DNA of 9,541 nucleotides from a virus (Duplodnaviria; Heunggongvirae; Uroviricota; Caudoviricetes): IMG/VR virus record IMGVR_UViG_2548876863_000015; one strand, 5' to 3'. Shown piece by piece: positions 6,788 to 9,541 of this stretch (position 1 is its first letter; each line of letters starts with the position of its first letter). The notes under the pieces were generated by a model. It saw only the letters and a program-made list of their open reading frames with translations, ran no database searches and was not told where the DNA came from. The position numbers and the translations under genes were made by a program.

Positions 6788-6949
6788 ATGGCTATCACAG
6801 AACGCGAGGCAAGCATCATTAAGGCCATTGGCGAGGAAACAAGAGACACTATAGCGCCATTGATGGAAAAGATCGCAGAGCTTGAGACACGAATAAACAA
6901 GCTGAGTAATGAAGTTGAAGGCCTGATCTCGTTACTCGGTGAGCAATGA
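6788..6949 (+). CDS. Hypothetical 53-aa coiled-coil-like protein (below the ORF-track length cutoff)
   Basis: ATG at 6788, 3 nt after the previous stop, GGTGAGG 8 nt upstream. MAITEREASIIKAIGEETRDTIAPLMEKIAELETRINKLSNEVEGLISLLGEQ shows heptad-like periodicity. Stop TGA at 6947-6949. Confidence 0.4.
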   Translation: MAITEREASIIKAIGEETRDTIAPLMEKIAELETRINKLSNEVEGLISLLGEQ

Positions 6950-7034
6950 CATGGGGGGGGGAGTGTTCCGGCCGGAAAGTCGATCACCCTGGACACCGCC
7001 CCCCGTCTCATTCGTAGAAAATTTTGCTTTTCAA

Positions 7035-7057
7035 AAAAGTTACACGAAAAGTTACAC
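7035..7057. repeat. Tandem AAAAGTTACAC x2 in the terS 5' leader
   Basis: AAAAGTTACAC at 7035-7045 and 7047-7057 (12-bp period); same GTTAC core as the repeats inside terS. Confidence 0.5.
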
Positions 7058-7079
7058 CCCCTCAAAACGAGGTTTTTGC

Positions 7080-7568
7080 ATGGCATTAACGACCAAAAAA
7101 AAGCGGTTTGCTGATGCGTTATCAAGGGGCGCAAATCCCACGGAAGCCGCTATACATGCGGGATACAGCGAAAAGACCGCAAGGGTTAAAGGCTGGCAGC
7201 TATCCAACGATCCTGAGGTGAAAAAGTATCTTAAGGCTGTAACTTCTGATGTAACTTTTCAGGTTACAAAACCGAAAAAAGTTACAAAGAAAGTTACCGA
7301 AAAAGTTACACCGGAACGGGCATCAATTAACACCATTGAGATGATGGATAACGGCCTACCCGACCCCATCAAAGCAATGGGCAGGATACTGATTGACAAC
7401 ATGGACACAGATCCAAAACTGGCTTTAGATGCCGCGTTTAAGCTGGCCCAGTTCACCCACCGCAAGATCGGCAGCATTGGGAAAAAAGAGGTTAAAAAAC
7501 TCAATGCCGCTAGTGTCTACTCAAATCGGTTCCCCATCCCTAAGCCACCAACAGACTTAAAACACTGA
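7080..7568 (+). CDS. terS: Terminase small subunit-like protein (TerS / Rpp-like packaging specificity factor)
   Basis: 162 aa from the ATG at 7080 (GAGG SD 7 nt upstream). N-terminus KKRFADALSRGANPTEAAIHAGYSEKTARVKGWQLSNDPEVKKYL matches the small-terminase HTH pattern (A--L--G-N-T-AA--AGYS-KTA). The upstream GTG at 6939 overlaps the previous gene and is rejected. Confidence 0.7.
   Translation: MALTTKKKRFADALSRGANPTEAAIHAGYSEKTARVKGWQLSNDPEVKKYLKAVTSDVTFQVTKPKKVTKKVTEKVTPERASINTIEMMDNGLPDPIKAMGRILIDNMDTDPKLALDAAFKLAQFTHRKIGSIGKKEVKKLNAASVYSNRFPIPKPPTDLKH
7238..7308. repeat. Six GTAAC/GTTAC pentamers at ~12-bp phasing inside terS
   Basis: GTAAC at 7238-7242 and 7250-7254; GTTAC at 7262-7266, 7279-7283, 7292-7296, 7304-7308. 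At protein level this encodes reiterated KVT/VT (..VTSDVTFQVTKPKKVTKKVTEKVT..). Confidence 0.5.
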
Positions 7569-7579
7569 GGTAGCGAACT

Positions 7580-7741
7580 ATGAGCGAATACATCACAGAC
7601 CCTATTGATGTACTCACGGAAATCATGAACGACAAGCAGCAGTCGACCGAAATACGGTTACAGGCCGCCGCTGTTCTGATGCCATATTTTCACGAAACAC
7701 TAAACCCGTGCTTCCAGGAGGAGGAAGAAGATGATCTGTAA
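7580..7741 (+). CDS. Hypothetical 53-aa acidic protein overlapping the capsid-homolog start
   Basis: ATG at 7580 (GAGG 9 nt upstream); stop TAA at 7739-7741, overlapping the next gene by 11 nt. MSEYITDPIDVLTEIMNDKQQSTEIRLQAAAVLMPYFHETLNPCFQEEEEDDL: predicted helical with an acidic tail. Below the ORF-track cutoff. Confidence 0.4.
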   Translation: MSEYITDPIDVLTEIMNDKQQSTEIRLQAAAVLMPYFHETLNPCFQEEEEDDL

Positions 7742-8654
7742 AAACATGAAAGGCGTGTCAGCAGTTCGCGCCGCCAGCGTGCTGGCATCGTGTAAATTTA
7801 GCCATGCTGACGCTATAGAGATGACGAAAAGAAATGATCCGGCAGTATCGAAATTTCTTGAAAAATCCATCGTCAACAGAATGACTACGGATAACATGCC
7901 GTCGCTGGTGGCAGAGCCGATAGTAAGAGAGCTTGGCGAGTATATTTTTTCGCAGTCTGTACCAGGCAAGCTAATCAGCAGCGCGCTTAATCTTCCGTTT
8001 GGCGCAAAATTGCATTCAATATCAGGCAAGGGTAGTAAATGGCTTAAAGAAGCCGAAGAAATCCCTGTCAAAGAGGGAGAAGTAAACGAAAGTGCGCTAA
8101 AATTGTGCAAACTTGGCGCTATTGTGATGCTGAATAACGAGCTAATCAAATTTAGCACCCCTGGTACAAATTCAGCGATCAGAGACTTGATCACATCGGA
8201 ATCGGTGAAAGAAATAGATAAAAAATTTCTTTCCAGTGATCAGGAGGTGGCTGGCGTATCCCCTGAGGGCGTGCTTAATGGTGCTGATGAGGCCGAAAAC
8301 TTCATAGAGATTTTCAAAAAGCACATAGCGAACGGTAACACGCTTTCCACGTCGTCGCTAATATTGCCCGTAGAAAACGCCTTACAGCTTACTGATGCTG
8401 AGTTCTGGCAGATAGAGCTTTTGAGAATACCGGTAATTGTGAGCGAACAGGCGGATCGCATGATGCTGATAGACGCTCAAAAGCTGATTATTAACGTTGA
8501 AGCCACGGTTATAACCCCAACTGATGAGGCGGTAATAAAAACCGAATCAGGGGCGGTTAGCCTTTTCCAGAATGACGCTACAGCGTTCAGGGCAATCACC
8601 TATTGCGGATGGCAAAAACTCGATAAGGCCGTCACCGTTCTGGCGAAAAGCTGA
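7731..8654 (+). CDS. HK97-fold major capsid protein homolog (307 aa, no delta/scaffold domain)
   Basis: Strong SD (AGGAGGAGG) before the ATG at 7731. Segments ...SGKGSKWLKEAEEIPVKEGEVNESALKLCKLGAIVMLNNELIKFSTPGTNSAIRDLITSESVKEIDKKFLSSD... and C-terminal ...SLFQNDATAFRAITYCGWQKLDKAVTVL follow the conserved HK97-family pattern (...wv-Eg--kpes--tf--vtl-pkklaaivpvSnElldds...l---eD-aflnG ... lp-Af-vl). Pattern match by eye, not verified. Confidence 0.65.
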   Translation: MICKNMKGVSAVRAASVLASCKFSHADAIEMTKRNDPAVSKFLEKSIVNRMTTDNMPSLVAEPIVRELGEYIFSQSVPGKLISSALNLPFGAKLHSISGKGSKWLKEAEEIPVKEGEVNESALKLCKLGAIVMLNNELIKFSTPGTNSAIRDLITSESVKEIDKKFLSSDQEVAGVSPEGVLNGADEAENFIEIFKKHIANGNTLSTSSLILPVENALQLTDAEFWQIELLRIPVIVSEQADRMMLIDAQKLIINVEATVITPTDEAVIKTESGAVSLFQNDATAFRAITYCGWQKLDKAVTVLAKS

Positions 8655-8672
8655 TTTTTCCAGCATCTATCC

Positions 8673-8694
8673 CGATATGGGGATCACCATATCG
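8673..8694. repeat. 22-bp near-palindrome CGATATGGGGATCACCATATCG, copy 1
   Basis: 8-bp arms CGATATGG / CCATATCG around a 6-bp spacer; flanked by CC/GG, extending the arms to 10 bp. Identical copy at 8791-8812; degenerate half-copy at 9323-9340. Confidence 0.6.
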
Positions 8695-8699
8695 GGGAA

Positions 8700-8782
8700 G
8701 CACCTGAATCATCATTACCGTGATCAAGGGTATGTAAAGCCCACCAGCCTGATTAACGTTTAACCGGAAAAAAAGCCAGGTA
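8700..8782. repeat. 83-bp direct repeat, copy 1
   Basis: 8700-8782 matches 9237-9319 with 2 mismatches over 83 bp (GCACCTGAATCATCATTACCGTGATCAAGGGTATGTAAAG[C/G]CCACCAGCCTGATTAAC[G/A]TTTAACCGGAAAAAAAGCCAGGTA). Confidence 0.8.
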
Positions 8783-8790
8783 TCCAATCT

Positions 8791-8812
8791 CGATATGGGG
8801 ATCACCATATCG
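8791..8812. repeat. 22-bp near-palindrome CGATATGGGGATCACCATATCG, copy 2
   Basis: Identical to 8673-8694; the two copies bracket copy 1 of the 83-bp direct repeat. Confidence 0.6.
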
Positions 8813-8894
8813 GGATACGGCGGTAACTGGTTGATATTTTCGAAATTCGCCAGCGGCGAACATCGGGGAAACCAGCCTAACCCGTTGATTCTTC

Positions 8895-8921
8895 CCAATT
8901 TCCACAGACTGCGGAAATTGG
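8895..8921. repeat. Stem-loop: 9-bp inverted repeat CCAATTTCC / GGAAATTGG with a 9-nt loop
   Basis: 8895-8903 is the reverse complement of 8913-8921. Confidence 0.5.
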
Positions 8922-9003
8922 CGCGGTAACTTACTGAGATTAAAGCAAAGCGCAAAATTGCGTTGGCTGGTGGGCCTGATGCCGATAACTGGTTGGAATT
9001 GTT

Positions 9004-9027
9004 CCATAGTGCAAAATTGCACTATGG
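9004..9027. repeat. 24-bp palindrome CCATAGTGCAA-AA-TTGCACTATGG
   Basis: 11-bp perfect arms around a central AA. Shares the core GCAAAATTGC with a shorter palindrome CGCAAAATTGCG at 8951-8962. Other short palindromes of the same half-site style nearby: CCCCCATTGGGGG (9053-9065), CCTCAATTTGAGG (9107-9119), CCCCACTGGGG (9217-9227). Confidence 0.6.
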
Positions 9028-9236
9028 CCTAACCCATTGATTATTTCGAAAACCCCCATTGGGGGATGTTGGGAAAGTAAGACTAACCCATTGATTCTTC
9101 CACAATCCTCAATTTGAGGAGATCGGAAACATCACCCTTCAAATTCTGAATGGTCATAATGACCACGCAGACCATCAAGGCAACCACAACGAACATCGTT
9201 ACGGTTGGAGCTTTTACCCCACTGGGGAAAAGGTAC

Positions 9237-9319
9237 GCACCTGAATCATCATTACCGTGATCAAGGGTATGTAAAGGCCACCAGCCTGATTAACATTTAA
9301 CCGGAAAAAAAGCCAGGTA
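9237..9319. repeat. 83-bp direct repeat, copy 2
   Basis: See copy 1 (8700-8782). Followed by a degenerate half-copy of the 22-bp palindrome (CCATATCGGG at 9331-9340). Confidence 0.8.
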
Positions 9320-9402
9320 GGTGGGGATACCCATATCGGGGAACATCCACCAGCTTCATAACGGATGGCCGGAAAATGATAACGGTTAAAGCGTGTTGAT
9401 CT

Positions 9403-9460
9403 TTGTTCGTGGTTGTTCGATATTGTTCGTGAAACGGTGTAGTTAATGGTGTAGTTAATT
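9403..9460. repeat. Right arm module: three TTGTTCG heptamers at exact 10-bp spacing plus tandem 12-mer GGTGTAGTTAAT x2
   Basis: TTGTTCG at 9403-9409, 9413-9419, 9423-9429; GGTGTAGTTAAT at 9437-9448 and 9449-9460. Same module and same orientation as 95-162. Confidence 0.55.
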
Positions 9461-9530
9461 TCGCTGTTTTTGACGGAGTTGTTATTTGTAACATAGTGAA
9501 AAATAAAGACTAATCAATGAAATGTTATAA

Positions 9531-9541
9531 ATGATAGTTAT
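9531..9541. repeat. Terminal direct repeat ATGATAGTTAT, copy 2; candidate att core
   Basis: Identical to bases 1-11. Confidence 0.5.

Larger units (their letters stand above)
8824..9096. repeat. Five dispersed copies of a TAAC-YSR-TTGAT(T) motif; candidate TerS-binding (cosB R-site-like) repeats
   Basis: TAACTGGTTGAT at 8824-8835; TAACCCGTTGATT at 8878-8890; TAACTGGTTG at 8986-8995; TAACCCATTGATT at 9030-9042 and 9084-9096. Copies at 8876-8896 and 9082-9102 match over about 20 bp (CTAACCCRTTGATTCTTCC). Spacings of 54, 108, 44 and 54 bp. Confidence 0.5.

Noticed and set aside
6939-7079. GTG-initiated extension of the terS ORF
   Set aside because: Starts on a GTG that overlaps the stop of the previous small ORF, and translates the G-run and GTTAC leader repeats into low-complexity sequence. 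The ATG at 7080 has a proper SD, and the TerS-like domain begins there.
7700-8194. Minus-strand 164-aa ORF inside the capsid-homolog gene
   Set aside because: Antisense to the capsid homolog; Ser/Leu-rich low-complexity translation.
8572-8763. Plus-strand 63-aa ORF overlapping the end of the capsid-homolog gene
   Set aside because: Out-of-frame overlap with the capsid-homolog gene, then runs through the palindrome and direct repeat; no SD.
8632-9022. Minus-strand ORFs 8632..8955 and 8753..9022 (and 9297..9494), all containing RYGDPHI-like peptides
   Set aside because: The shared peptide is simply the translation of the repeated 22-bp palindrome. The ORFs run through repeats and palindromes with no SD, so they are artefacts of the repeat structure rather than genes.
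8655-9400. CRISPR array
   Set aside because: The repeats differ in length and sequence (22-bp palindromes, 83-bp duplicate, 13-bp motifs) and are irregularly spaced. There is no uniform repeat-spacer periodicity.

Overview
The window reads as one compact (~9.5 kb) integrative phage-satellite-like element (PICI / P4-family style), apparently complete from att to att. An identical 11-bp direct repeat (ATGATAGTTAT) sits at both window ends, with 10-bp-phased TTGTTCG arm-type repeats inside each end. Gene order, all on the + strand except one small divergent regulator: P4-type tyrosine integrase (185-1408); an AT-rich orphan ORF of unknown function overlapping the int stop (1405-2178); AlpA-family regulator (2270-2494); a small ribbon-helix-helix-like ORF on the minus strand with a divergent operator/promoter region (2629-2912); an operon of four small ORFs leading into a primase/SF3-helicase replication protein (4115-5863); an iteron array, likely the origin (5877-6107); three small ORFs; a TerS-like small terminase (7080-7568); a 53-aa acidic ORF; and an HK97-fold major-capsid-protein homolog (7731-8654). 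There is no portal, protease or large terminase. The last ~750 bp before the right-end arm sites is non-coding and densely packed with palindromes and direct repeats, which I interpret as a packaging (cos/pac) region. Best candidates for something new: the AT-rich cargo ORF next to int, the orphan capsid homolog with its tiny partner ORF, and the structured 3' region. All functional assignments rest on motif recognition by eye; no database search was run.
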